A stretch of DNA of 64,000 nucleotides from Undibacterium sp. (GCF_030651495.1 NZ_JAUSFI010000098.1:8676-72675), one strand, 5' to 3'. Counted from the first letter of the stretch, positions 31,694-42,050 are shown. The notes: generated by a model from the letters alone, not told the origin. Translations and numbers: made by a program.

Positions 31694-31756
31694 GACGTCC
31701 TCCTTCACAGACTTAAATATAACATTCACTGAGGATTTTTTGGATCTGCCAATTTT

Positions 31757-31784
31757 TTATGAAGTTAATCTTATAATGTCGAAT
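31757..31784 (+). other. putative recombinase core site 2 (11-6-11)
   Basis: TTATGAAGTTA-ATCTTA-TAATGTCGAAT; shares TCTTATAATGTCGA (14 bp) exactly with site 1; intergenic. Confidence 0.55.
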
Positions 31785-32115
31785 ACATTTTATTCTGCAG
31801 CATACGCGAATCATCACATAGATAATGTTTACTATTATTGAAAACCTCTCCCTGACGCGATTGACTGAATGACACGCCATACGAACGGGTAAAAAGCATT
31901 TTAGGGCTTGGACAATCTAGTATGCGCGGGCAGCGCAACCCTACGTCATGAAAGTCGATTTCCAGGACGTTTATTCCAGCACCCGAAACCACCAATGATT
32001 AGGTCGCTGCAGCTTCAGTTCCCCTAGATCAAATTCAGTCTGCCGCGCACACTATTAGAAGGCCACGATGGCCTGAAACCAATGGCCGAAAAGAGCTTGT
32101 AACATCCAAGCCCGT

Positions 32116-32141
32116 CGTTACTTACGTTTCAGTAAGTAACG
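32116..32141. repeat. perfect 10-6-10 inverted repeat
   Basis: CGTTACTTAC-GTTTCA-GTAAGTAACG. Confidence 0.7.
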
Positions 32142-32220
32142 CTATATTTCCTTAATCAGAAAACAATCAATGGGTATATCAACCCAGATGGATGCTAAGT
32201 GGCTAGACTCACAGTAATAA

Positions 32221-33441
32221 TTAAATTGGAAAAGCATGTGATCTTATGAGCTGATTAAAGAATGCAGCACTTGTGTAGGCAGCGTATTTTTGCCAGTCAT
32301 TGCCCTTTTTTGCATCAGCAAAATCACAGACTGATTTAATTGCGATAGCGGTTGGTGCCGGCATTAAAGCGTATTCTGCAGCGGCCATCACTGCATAAGC
32401 CTCCATCTCGATTGCAATCACGTCACGATTTTGCAATGTAATCTCCTCTACAGTAGCATTGTTCGCCAATACGCTTGCACCGGATGCCATCGGTCCGATT
32501 TGGACTTTGAATTCTCCTTCGGGAACTTTTCCTGTCCAACCAGAGCGAATATTACGAATAACTTCACTGTCTTTTGATAAATCCATACAGAGTTGGCTAA
32601 TCTGGGTGTTTAAAGGACGCTGTTGCGGTGAGGCCAGAAAAGTCCTTTCTCCATCGTCGTTCTGAAAAATCTTTCCACTACCCCAATCCCATGTTGGGTC
32701 TGCGACGATTACATGGCCAAGTTCCGTCTCCTTTTTTATTCCCGCACAGATACCTAACATTACGATTACCTTAGGACGAAACAAGACGCAAAGCTGAGCT
32801 GCCAATGCAGCCGAAGAAGGCATGCCTTTCGAATACGCCGCCGCAGCAACAAATGAAACGGTTTGCCCATCTTCTCTGGTAAGGTTTCCATAATTGTAAC
32901 TTACCGGATTGTTTGGATACCTGGTAGCTTGCCATTTATATGGCAGCTCCAACACGGCCTCTAACTCGGAACGAAGTGCGGTAATTATCGCCACGTCAAC
33001 ATGCGGATAACAAGGCTCTGCCCGTCTTTGATATGTTGCAAGGTAATTTATTTTTGATAAAAGAATTGACTTCCACCGGTTGTCAATAGTGTTATACAAG
33101 CACAGTTGCCCACCACGCTTGACCACTTCACTTTCCGCATTCTTGATCAAATCCTCCCTGCCGGTTATGAACAAAACAGATGTTGGGAGTTTGACTTTGT
33201 TGTCTAGCATTAATACGTCAAAAAATTCTAGTCCACCATCTGGCTTCGGTGGAGAGCCAAACATATCGGGAAGATTTAGATCTATTAGAATAAGATCAAA
33301 TCTCAATTGTTGAAGAATTAATCTAGCTTCACGTGCGTTAGAGCGATGAACCATATCTTCCGGACTTAGACCTGCCTCCTTCAACGCCGCAATAATGTGC
33401 TGTGATTTCTCAGATTCGTCGTCGACTAGCAATATTTTCAT
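32221..33441 (-). CDS. dtcC: Detocs DtcC-like effector: receiver domain fused to a PNP/nucleosidase domain
   Basis: MKILLVDD...DLNLP...ITG receiver domain; ITAL..E, MLGICAG, IGPMASG, IEMEAYAV and KSVCDFAD..K...WQ.YAA PNP domain. Confidence 0.85.
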   Translation of the reverse strand: MKILLVDDESEKSQHIIAALKEAGLSPEDMVHRSNAREARLILQQLRFDLILIDLNLPDMFGSPPKPDGGLEFFDVLMLDNKVKLPTSVLFITGREDLIKNAESEVVKRGGQLCLYNTIDNRWKSILLSKINYLATYQRRAEPCYPHVDVAIITALRSELEAVLELPYKWQATRYPNNPVSYNYGNLTREDGQTVSFVAAAAYSKGMPSSAALAAQLCVLFRPKVIVMLGICAGIKKETELGHVIVADPTWDWGSGKIFQNDDGERTFLASPQQRPLNTQISQLCMDLSKDSEVIRNIRSGWTGKVPEGEFKVQIGPMASGASVLANNATVEEITLQNRDVIAIEMEAYAVMAAAEYALMPAPTAIAIKSVCDFADAKKGNDWQKYAAYTSAAFFNQLIRSHAFPI

Positions 33442-33447
33442 AATTCG

Positions 33448-33903
33448 TTACTGTATTTTGTTTATCAATGAGCCTAAGGAATTTTTCCATCCTTCTTGAC
33501 CAGAATTGTAATAAACCATTCCAAGGAAGGTGGGTGCGTACATTGTCCTAAGCTGTTGCTCTAGTTGTGAGAAGGATATCTTATCTGGGTTCTCACCGAA
33601 TAAGTCAAACATCGTTATTACAATTGTAGGGATTTGTATTCCGCGCAATTTCATTTGCGCCAATATCTCTCTACCTGCGAAATGTTCGGGAGCGCCACCA
33701 CTAGGATCTTCATCTGTAGTGTTGAAGTTCGGCATACTCATATCCAATAGCAAGATATCAGAGGAGCTTGCCTTTATGATCGCACGAAGTCCTGCGTTAA
33801 AAGATCGCGCGACCTCCACCTTAGTGGACGGATATTTTTCCTCGATGAAATCAAGAATCTTCTCTGTTTTTTCCTCATCATCTTCAATTAACAGTATTTT
33901 CAT
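33448..33903 (-). CDS. dtcB: Detocs DtcB-like stand-alone receiver protein
   Basis: MKILLIEDD...LLDMSMP...VIT; start set at ATG 33903, overlapping the end of the upstream gene. Confidence 0.85.
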   Translation of the reverse strand: MKILLIEDDEEKTEKILDFIEEKYPSTKVEVARSFNAGLRAIIKASSSDILLLDMSMPNFNTTDEDPSGGAPEHFAGREILAQMKLRGIQIPTIVITMFDLFGENPDKISFSQLEQQLRTMYAPTFLGMVYYNSGQEGWKNSLGSLINKIQ

Positions 33904-36900
33904 TTTCTGACTGATCCAGATTGTATTTAATATTAACCCTAAATTCTTTTGAATCCTCGTAACCAAACACAAAATAAGGATCTTTGTAAATTGGCGAAGT
34001 AATGGCCCGCCATATCTTATGCAGTCCGCTCCCTCCCTCACGCTGCGCCCTGGCTCGTGAGTCGCTTTTCTGAAGGGACTCACGCACGCGCTGAATCTTG
34101 TCAATATCAATAGCGGTCGGTTTGTCCGGTGCGATGTTATTCCAAACCGTAGCTGAAAATTTACCGTCGCACAACGCTAGTTCAACTTTAATTCGCAATC
34201 TCTCGGTAGTTAGACCTGATCTAATGGTGGCATTTTCTAGCAAACACGCAAACACATCGACCATAGCATCTAGGGTTCGTCCTGGCATTGTCGCACCCGC
34301 ACAATCCATGGAAATATCGACATCGAGGTCATGATATCCGTTTGGTATTGTCTTCTGAACCATGTTAAGGGCGATTTGTACTGCATATTCTGGATTGTAG
34401 TCCTGCCGGTCGTAGACTTCACTACGATTGAACCAGGACTGAACAACATGAAATTTAGTTTGAAAATTTGTTCTCGCTCGAGCAATTGCATTAATCAAGC
34501 CGCTTACACAGTATGGATTTGAAACTAAATTTATCTGCTCGGAGAGTCGATCAAAGCAATCCAAAAAATCGCTTCTAGTCTTGTCGCGGAGCGTAGTTCG
34601 AACCGCAGCTAAATTTGAATCAGTTTTTTCCCAAAGCGATTCAATGCATCGGTCTATAAATTGTTCGATGCTAGTCACTTTTTTATCGTACTCTTGAATA
34701 TATTTTCTCTCTAAATTTGATGATCGATACACAAATAGAGCATCAACATCTTCTGCCGTCCCGACTATATTATGAAAAACTTTAATTTGTATTAAATTAT
34801 TCTTAACGTGGTCGATGATCTTGTCAAAAGTGGTGGTGAATTTTTCTAAAGCACGGGTCACGTGATCTTTTTCTGAATCTTGAAGTGAATCTAGATCGTC
34901 GTCCCAACTCGTATTTGGGAGATACCCTGATTCGTCTTCTTTTAAGGCTGTGACTAAGTGTTCATCAGCCAATGGTTTTCGCAAGGTATTCGCTAGTGTT
35001 CCGTGCCGAACCCGGGTGCTCAGGTAAGCATTCAAACCGTGATCCCCCTTTAAAAATTCATTGGTGACCTCCGCGAACAAAGCACTAAATTGCAAATCTA
35101 GCTCTGATTCCTGATAGTCCATGACATGTAACGATGAGAGTATGTTGGTGAGCGAGATATTATCTTTAGAAAACTTATCCGACACCAAGTCTGCTAGCTC
35201 TTCCATTACTTTGTCTTGCTTATTTGGGTTAATTTGCGTCGCGTTTTTATATCTCGTGTAAGTGTCTCCAAGTTTCGCGTTCAATGTTTTTTTTATCGCG
35301 CTAATGTCAACGTAAACTTTCGATTGTTCAAGCAGCGTGGTGCCTTTTGCGATTTCTTGACGCTTTACTCGATCACGTATTTCCTCTTGATATCTATGCA
35401 AATTGCCAGGATCAATTGATGCCAAAACGCGACAAACTGCGATACGAGCATCCTCAGTTTCTTTTGGAGTCTCATAAAGAAGAGTTTGACGCATCACCTC
35501 CGGTCTCCATACTCTGTCTAGATATATTATTACCTCGTCTCTCCCGTATTCGTCAATACGCTTTACGAGATCTTCAGGCTGATTAATGCTGTGCTCCAGT
35601 TGGAACCGCTCAAACGCAAAATTTAGATGAGTCGCCTTATCATCGCTAAAATAAGCGCTATACAGTTCAAATAAAATTGGTAGCGATATCGAATATGGCC
35701 AAGTAGAAACTGTATCTAAGTTTGCGACAACTTCTGGTATCGGTAGTATGATCGGCACCTCCCTATTTATTAGAGCGCCATGCACGACAGCATCAACCGA
35801 TTTGGCTAGATCCCCTAACAAAAGGTAAGACTGTGCGGCACAGGCGGCAGCACGGAACCGCTCCGCTAGTGCCCCAATAGTCATCAATTTTGCAAATTGT
35901 TCAGCCGCAATTTTATAGTTGCCGGCGGTTAAATTGTGCCTAGCTTGATATTTTTCCAGCCTTGCGCTGTCCCCAATAATCGAAGATTTCCCATCTATCA
36001 ACGAAGATAGTACGTTTGACGTACATGGATAAAACTTTCTTAGCAGTTCGCTAGATCTGAACCCATCCCTGGATGTTTGTGGCAACGCCAGCGCGGTAAA
36101 TGGTGATACATAGCGATCAATCGAGAGGATGTACTTATAAGGCAAACTAGGATAATCGACAGTTTCTCTAGCAAGAACGTCGTTCATAATTGCCATTGCC
36201 ATTACCGCCCAAGGGTGTCCATAGAATCGTTCATGAATAGTGTATATAGCGAATGCAGCACCATACGTCTCTTTCCCCAACTCGAGAAGTTTGCAGAACA
36301 GCCGGGCTAACTCACCAATGTATCCAGGCAATGGGCTAATTTCGCTACCAGTAGCTAAGGATGCTTTTGCCATGAGGGCGCAGATGGAAATATCGTGAGG
36401 ATTTTGAAGTAAATAGTCTGCCGCTTGGGTTGTGACTTCCTGATAGATTCCCGAACTGTAGGCTTCGATTATCCTTGTGCGAGTGAGTTCCATATCATTC
36501 AGACCTGGAATGTAATTCGGATTCAAAGTTCGTTCGGCTGATCGAAGTCTTGAATCGACAAGTCCATGGTTTGTTTTCAGAAAATGGCATAGGCTCTGTG
36601 CCACATCTTTTGGTAGATTGTTATCTACGACGACTGCTTGAAGGACTAGCACTAAGGTTTCATAATGGTCGACCAAGGAAGACTGAGCATCAAATAGAAG
36701 CGTGGTCGCAATATTGCTAGTGGTATATTGTCCGAGTTCAAATAACTTGGTACGAATGTAAGATTGAAAATGAGAATTGCCAGGCACGTCCAAAAATCTA
36801 TCCAGCTCCTCCTGTAAGTGGTTCTTGAGACCAGTGGCTTCACTGCGTTTCGCTATGAAACTGATGAGCAGTTTCGTAGCGGGATTACCCGATGTTTTTG

Positions 36901-37420
36901 TAATGTAATCGCTTGCTAATCGACGTTTCTCTTCTAGTCCGTCCCAAACTTGCGCGATCGACAAGCGGTTTTGTATCAACCATATGGAAACGCCGAATTT
37001 TTGCTCAATTTCGTCTAGAATAGTTTTAGCTTCAATGCGTCGGTCTAGCAAAACCGCGCGCTCGAAGTCTTCTCGCATAACAGAGAAAGCAGTCAATTCG
37101 ATGCGGTAGAGTGATGCTCGGAATAGTCCCCAGATCAGCTCTGAATGAATTCCTGCGGGTCGCCCATAGGCGTTCACAGAGAAAAGCTCTTCTATCTTTA
37201 GAGGAAAAGCTTTCCCATGAAAGCTTTCCAGAATATCGCGCTGCCTAAGCGAATGCTGCAAATAAAATAACATCTCACGGACATCATTTTTCATCTTGAG
37301 AGAAAATAGCGCGTTTCTACGGCGCAATCCGACGAATCGTAATTCCGACGCTATCGTAGCCGCCATGATTTTACGTGAATTCAGATTTTTGTTTGTTCGC
37401 TTCGAGGTTGAGTTGGCCAT
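33884..37420 (-). CDS. dtcA: Detocs DtcA-like soluble sensor kinase (TPR-like region plus HATPase-like C-terminus)
   Basis: Helical N-terminal region, candidate phospho-His in STRVRHG, LLENA N-box and EGGSGL G-box; three-gene order matches Detocs. Start uncertain (37420 chosen). Confidence 0.8.
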   Translation of the reverse strand: MANSTSKRTNKNLNSRKIMAATIASELRFVGLRRRNALFSLKMKNDVREMLFYLQHSLRQRDILESFHGKAFPLKIEELFSVNAYGRPAGIHSELIWGLFRASLYRIELTAFSVMREDFERAVLLDRRIEAKTILDEIEQKFGVSIWLIQNRLSIAQVWDGLEEKRRLASDYITKTSGNPATKLLISFIAKRSEATGLKNHLQEELDRFLDVPGNSHFQSYIRTKLFELGQYTTSNIATTLLFDAQSSLVDHYETLVLVLQAVVVDNNLPKDVAQSLCHFLKTNHGLVDSRLRSAERTLNPNYIPGLNDMELTRTRIIEAYSSGIYQEVTTQAADYLLQNPHDISICALMAKASLATGSEISPLPGYIGELARLFCKLLELGKETYGAAFAIYTIHERFYGHPWAVMAMAIMNDVLARETVDYPSLPYKYILSIDRYVSPFTALALPQTSRDGFRSSELLRKFYPCTSNVLSSLIDGKSSIIGDSARLEKYQARHNLTAGNYKIAAEQFAKLMTIGALAERFRAAACAAQSYLLLGDLAKSVDAVVHGALINREVPIILPIPEVVANLDTVSTWPYSISLPILFELYSAYFSDDKATHLNFAFERFQLEHSINQPEDLVKRIDEYGRDEVIIYLDRVWRPEVMRQTLLYETPKETEDARIAVCRVLASIDPGNLHRYQEEIRDRVKRQEIAKGTTLLEQSKVYVDISAIKKTLNAKLGDTYTRYKNATQINPNKQDKVMEELADLVSDKFSKDNISLTNILSSLHVMDYQESELDLQFSALFAEVTNEFLKGDHGLNAYLSTRVRHGTLANTLRKPLADEHLVTALKEDESGYLPNTSWDDDLDSLQDSEKDHVTRALEKFTTTFDKIIDHVKNNLIQIKVFHNIVGTAEDVDALFVYRSSNLERKYIQEYDKKVTSIEQFIDRCIESLWEKTDSNLAAVRTTLRDKTRSDFLDCFDRLSEQINLVSNPYCVSGLINAIARARTNFQTKFHVVQSWFNRSEVYDRQDYNPEYAVQIALNMVQKTIPNGYHDLDVDISMDCAGATMPGRTLDAMVDVFACLLENATIRSGLTTERLRIKVELALCDGKFSATVWNNIAPDKPTAIDIDKIQRVRESLQKSDSRARAQREGGSGLHKIWRAITSPIYKDPYFVFGYEDSKEFRVNIKYNLDQSENENTVN

Positions 37421-37570
37421 ACATCCGTAATTTAGAGAAAAATCAATGTTGATTGTATCGCAATTGTTGCCTAAATAGAGTTCCCTGAAAATATGGTTGA
37501 TTGCCCACAACTCGAATGTATTTATTTAAACTAAATATCCTTTGTTTTTCGCTATTATGGATTTAATTAT

Positions 37571-37598
37571 TTATGACATTATCGCTATAATGTAAATT
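37571..37598 (+). other. putative recombinase core site 3 (11-6-11)
   Basis: TTATGACATTA-TCGCTA-TAATGTAAATT, 37 bp upstream of the integrase ATG. Confidence 0.65.
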
Positions 37599-37635
37599 AA
37601 TACTAACAGTGCCTTGATTTAAGTCCCCCACTTCC

Positions 37636-38835
37636 ATGAAGCAGCAAAACCATCTGATTGCCGATCACGGGTATGCGTTGCTACCACTTGATAACGTAAT
37701 ATTGCCAGTTGATATGGATGGCAGCGATGGCAACAACCGCGCACGAGGCAATCGTCCTCAGATATTAGCTGATAACGACATTGATGCTACCAAAGCTTGG
37801 CTTGCTCGCTTTTTAGATACTAAGACCACTTTTGATAATTATCGAAAAGAAGCAGAACGCTTACTTTTATGGTCTACCATTCAACTCGGTAAACCTTTGT
37901 CATCGATAACGCACGAGGATTGGTTGCTCTATCAGAGGTTTTTGTCCAATCCTGAACCTGCATCTCGGTGGGTTATGCGAGATGGTCGAAAATTTGCGCG
38001 AAGTGACCCGGAATGGCGTCCCTTTTCGGGACCGCTCTCCCCTACAAGTCAACGTCAAGCAGCCGTCATCCTCAATGTCCTGTTTTCTTGGTTGGTCAAC
38101 GCGGGATATTTGGCCGGCAATCCGCTGTCACTTTCGCGACAGCGAAACCGAAAGCCAAAGCCACGTATTACGCGGTATCTTGAGGAAGATTTGTGGTTGG
38201 AAGTTAAATTGACGATCGATTCTATGCCTAAGGAGTCTTCACGAGAATGCGAACAATATTTTAGAATGCGTTGGTTATTTACTTTGTTGTATTTGTGTGG
38301 GTTGCGGATTTCGGAAGTGATTGGCAATACGATGGGATGTTTTTTCTGTCGCAGGGATAAAACAGGCGAAGAACGCTGGTGGCTCGAAGTATTGGGTAAA
38401 GGTGACAAGTTGCGTATCGTTCCAGCAACCAATGAGTTGATGGTGGAATTGGCACGGTATAGGCGTGAAAAAGGCTTGGCTGCCCTTCCCGTCTCAGGTG
38501 AAAGCCTCCCATTATTGTTACCTATTGGGCGCCGAACGGATCCAATGACACGCGGTGCATTGCACGCGATAGTAAAAAAAGTATTTGAAAATACCGCATT
38601 GCGTTTAAGACAGCGTGACGAACATTCTCAGGCGCTTGCTGATCGAGTCGAACAGGCATCTGCGCATTGGTTAAGACATACTGCGGGTTCACATATGGCT
38701 AATAATGACGTCGATTTGCGCCATGTTCGCGATAATTTGGGCCATGAGTCTATTAGCACCACTAATAATTATCTTCACTCTTCAGATAATGCTCGACACC
38801 AAGAAACAGAAAATAGGCATAAAATAAAATGGTAG
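37636..38835 (+). CDS. tyrosine recombinase/integrase with intact catalytic residues
   Basis: GLRISE, GKGDK, HWLRH, LGH and TT..Y; N-terminal core-binding domain (T...YRKEAERLLLW). Confidence 0.95.
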   Translation: MKQQNHLIADHGYALLPLDNVILPVDMDGSDGNNRARGNRPQILADNDIDATKAWLARFLDTKTTFDNYRKEAERLLLWSTIQLGKPLSSITHEDWLLYQRFLSNPEPASRWVMRDGRKFARSDPEWRPFSGPLSPTSQRQAAVILNVLFSWLVNAGYLAGNPLSLSRQRNRKPKPRITRYLEEDLWLEVKLTIDSMPKESSRECEQYFRMRWLFTLLYLCGLRISEVIGNTMGCFFCRRDKTGEERWWLEVLGKGDKLRIVPATNELMVELARYRREKGLAALPVSGESLPLLLPIGRRTDPMTRGALHAIVKKVFENTALRLRQRDEHSQALADRVEQASAHWLRHTAGSHMANNDVDLRHVRDNLGHESISTTNNYLHSSDNARHQETENRHKIKW

Positions 38836-38920
38836 TGCTAAGATTAATCGACCTACCGAAGACATCCCGTTGTCCAGTGGAAGGCTAAATTTCAAAGGTA
38901 CTCCATCCTCCAAAGAAAAT

Positions 38921-39277
38921 TTACTTATTTACACTTTGATTGACGTCGCCTATATTTTCATTCTCGCTATAGATACTTACTATACTCTTCAGCATATCGC
39001 ATTTGCCTTTTTTTGAAGTTCTGTGGAACATTAATAACAATTCTGCGATCTCATCCTTATCAGCATAGAAATACGCAGTGGGTGCATTTAAGACGTCCGC
39101 AAGCCTTCGAACAATCGAATAATCGGGGCTGTGCACCGCTTGCTCATACCGATTTATTCTTGTACTCGCGACAAATTGATCTATTCCAGCTTGTATTCCA
39201 AGATTTTTTTGGGAAAGACCATATTCAATACGCAATACTTTTAGTCTTGCACCAAAAATTTCATTGCCAATACTCAT
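38921..39277 (-). CDS. XRE-family HTH regulator
   Basis: RLK..R...GLSQ..LG..AG....AS.RINRYE...H.PD......LA.VL..P.AYFY; start set at ATG 39277. Confidence 0.88.
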   Translation of the reverse strand: MSIGNEIFGARLKVLRIEYGLSQKNLGIQAGIDQFVASTRINRYEQAVHSPDYSIVRRLADVLNAPTAYFYADKDEIAELLLMFHRTSKKGKCDMLKSIVSIYSENENIGDVNQSVNK

Positions 39278-39463
39278 CTTGTTAGTCTCTATTATTTCAA
39301 GACTACGAGATTCGTAATTTTTGATGATTTTGAATACTACGAGTTGCGTAGTGTGTGATATCCTCCCGCCTTTATATCCGGTCGCATAAAGGATAGATCG
39401 TTCCAAAACCCAATAATCGCTACGTTAATTAGCTGGCGAAGAAATAACATTTTTCAGGTAATA

Positions 39464-39904
39464 ATGATTCTTACTAATGACTCTTACAGCATGCCATTCT
39501 ATTTTGGATCAAAAGAGAATCGGATTTACAATTGGCGATGCGTTGATTTAGATTCAAATTACCCGTATTTTTTTATTGAATATAGACATAAAGAAGGAGG
39601 TAGTTCATTTAATCTAAAGAAAATGGTTTCTAGCATTGATGATCTTATCCAAATCTGTTCAGATATAAAACAGTGTATTAATTCCGCGCTAATTCAAATG
39701 GCGTTACTGAGTCCTCCATGGATTAGCATGGCAGAATGTTGGGAAATGATTTCTTTATCGGAAATATTAAGCGTTAATATTGAAATGAACGAGCCACCAA
39801 TTCATGTATTTATAACCAAAGATGGCCGCAAACTTTTTGATTCGTTGACCCCCATCAATTTGGCTAACGCGACAGAGGTTCGTTCATTGCTATCAGTTGC
39901 ATAG
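39464..39904 (+). CDS. hypothetical protein
   Basis: 146-aa AT-rich ORF divergent from the XRE gene. Confidence 0.55.
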   Translation: MILTNDSYSMPFYFGSKENRIYNWRCVDLDSNYPYFFIEYRHKEGGSSFNLKKMVSSIDDLIQICSDIKQCINSALIQMALLSPPWISMAECWEMISLSEILSVNIEMNEPPIHVFITKDGRKLFDSLTPINLANATEVRSLLSVA

Positions 39905-40042
39905 ATTAATCGGATTGCGAACACATTAAAACCCAATTCTGGAAATTTCTACGGCATGTTGAAAGTACCTATTTCTCTCTTCTGAGCGGCGTTATAAATG
40001 GCATTCGAAGTGAATTGAACGGATGAGTTAGAAAATATACTT

Positions 40043-40648
40043 ATGAGCTTAAATCGCCCAATAATCGCCCTCGATGCCGACGGCGTTTTGCTTGACTATC
40101 ATTTGGCGTATTGCGATGCTTGGCAGAAAACGTTTGGTGTACTGCCCAATATAAAAGATCCGTTAGCCTATTGGCCAATTGATCGTTGGGAAGTACAAAG
40201 GCTAACAGGGAGTGATTTAGAAAATTTCCGCAAAAGTTTTGACCACCAATTCTGGTCCACAGTCCCAGCCGTTACCGGTGCAGTAGAGGCCTGTTTGACA
40301 TTGCATCATGGCGGGTATGAATTAGTATGTGTCAGTGCCGTTGAAAAACAATTTCAAGCCGCACGATTACACAATCTACAGACGTTGGGATTTCCTGTGC
40401 ATCGTGTGATCGCGACTACAAACAGTGCCGATAAAATTAGCCCCAAAGCTGAGGCATTGCATGCATTGAAGCCGGTTGCTTTTGTGGATGATTATCTTCC
40501 CTATCTGCGCGGTGTTTCATCAAATATTCATTCAGCGCTTGTTTTACGCGAACCGAATGGCAGCCCAAATGTTGGCCCAGAACTGAATAATGCGCAGTCG
40601 CAGCATAATGACTTAGCTGATTTTGTAGATTGGTGGCTAAACAAATGA
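40043..40648 (+). CDS. HAD-superfamily hydrolase (nucleotidase-like)
   Basis: LDADGVLLD motif I, K motif III and FVDD motif IV. Confidence 0.85.
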   Translation: MSLNRPIIALDADGVLLDYHLAYCDAWQKTFGVLPNIKDPLAYWPIDRWEVQRLTGSDLENFRKSFDHQFWSTVPAVTGAVEACLTLHHGGYELVCVSAVEKQFQAARLHNLQTLGFPVHRVIATTNSADKISPKAEALHALKPVAFVDDYLPYLRGVSSNIHSALVLREPNGSPNVGPELNNAQSQHNDLADFVDWWLNK

Positions 40649-40836
40649 AAAATAGAAAAAATAAACATCGTCTTTATCGGTTCTTGTTTCAAGACAAAGT
40701 CTACCCAAAATGGTCCGCAGAAGATCGTGCCTGGGAATCGATGGCTCCAGTAGGTCGAGAATTTGGAAGCCCGGATTATGAGCGGCTAATGGAACTTGAT
40801 AATCTTGAATACTACGCTGGGCTAAAAAAGAGATAA
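40645..40836 (+). CDS. small hypothetical protein
   Basis: ATGA overlap with the HAD gene; contains AWESMAPVGREFGSPDYERL. Confidence 0.5.
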   Translation: MKNRKNKHRLYRFLFQDKVYPKWSAEDRAWESMAPVGREFGSPDYERLMELDNLEYYAGLKKR

Positions 40837-41075
40837 GGGAAGTGTTCAGGAGCTTAGAACGATATTAATAATTCATAGGCGGCCGAGTCTACGATAACAC
40901 TGCAACTTTTTGAAAACTGCGGGTCGGTGCTTGAGTTCAGCATTCGCATTTTTTGACAATATTAAGAAATTGGCACGAATAATTGCACTCAATTTTTCAA
41001 CTTCGGCGCTGAAATTTTTATTGTTATTAATTGGCATAAAATTGACAACTGCTAAATCATTGCTTTTTTTAAATT

Positions 41076-42050
41076 TCATAGCATGGGGCCATTTTTCCTT
41101 GGCTTTTGTATTGCTGAGCTAAATGGTAGACCTTCTATTTTAAGGAAGCATACTTTGCCCTCAAACCATGCTTCGTCTAGATTTAATATTTCGTGGTCAC
41201 TCCATTTCTCTCCTGACTTAAAGTAAACTCGATTGCGCAAAAATATATGCGTGTCGTCCGGATTGTGTTCCGTGTGAAGGTTGGCAAGATTTTTAAATTT
41301 CCCAGATGCAATGCGGCCATACCACGAGGCGTAAATTGCCAAAAAAACGGCTCTCCAAGCCAGCCGTGGTGTCTTTCCACGAAATGACTCCATAAAGACC
41401 TCTGGTTCGTCGTCCAATTGTGCCTCCGCAAACGCACGAGTAGCAAAATCGGGGAAGACCGTAAATCGGCGCTCAAGTTGCCACTTGAGGCACATGAGCG
41501 CGAGCACGTCAACCGGGTACCCTGAGTTAGCCACTACGCCTTTCCTAACCGGAGAAAAATGATCTATCCAATCTGAAGTATTTGAGTCATAAATCACTTT
41601 GGTAGATAACAGTTTGATCCCATCTGAGGTATCCACCACAAGTAATACAGCTTCAGTTGATTTACGCATTAAACGAACAGCTTTAATGGCGCGAGCAGAG
41701 CCATCTGCAAGTAGATGCTGCTTGCTGCATCCAACTTTAGATAACGAAAGCGTCTCCTGCTTCAAGATGATACATTGGTGCTGAGCAACAAGCACCTACA
41801 GCATATGGTCAAAGCTCTGGAATCGGCTAACAAACTGGCGGCTCTGATCGGTAATATCCTGCTTGCCACCAACATCAGTTACAGGCAGAATTCCTCCTTG
41901 ATGAGGCTCGGTTGTACTTACTTGCGTACCTCCTTCTTTTTCTGCCAATTCGTCAATAATTAGTTTATTGACATTTTTCACTCGCTCTTGCTTGTAAACA
42001 TCAAAGGGTTTGGTATAGCGAACCCAAGATAAATCACCATCAAAAACCAA
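41076..42050 (-). pseudogene. hypothetical gene split by an in-frame TAG
   Basis: ORFs 41796-42050 and 41076-41795 are contiguous in one frame across a single stop; the 5' end is unclear near the repeat cluster. Confidence 0.5.
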
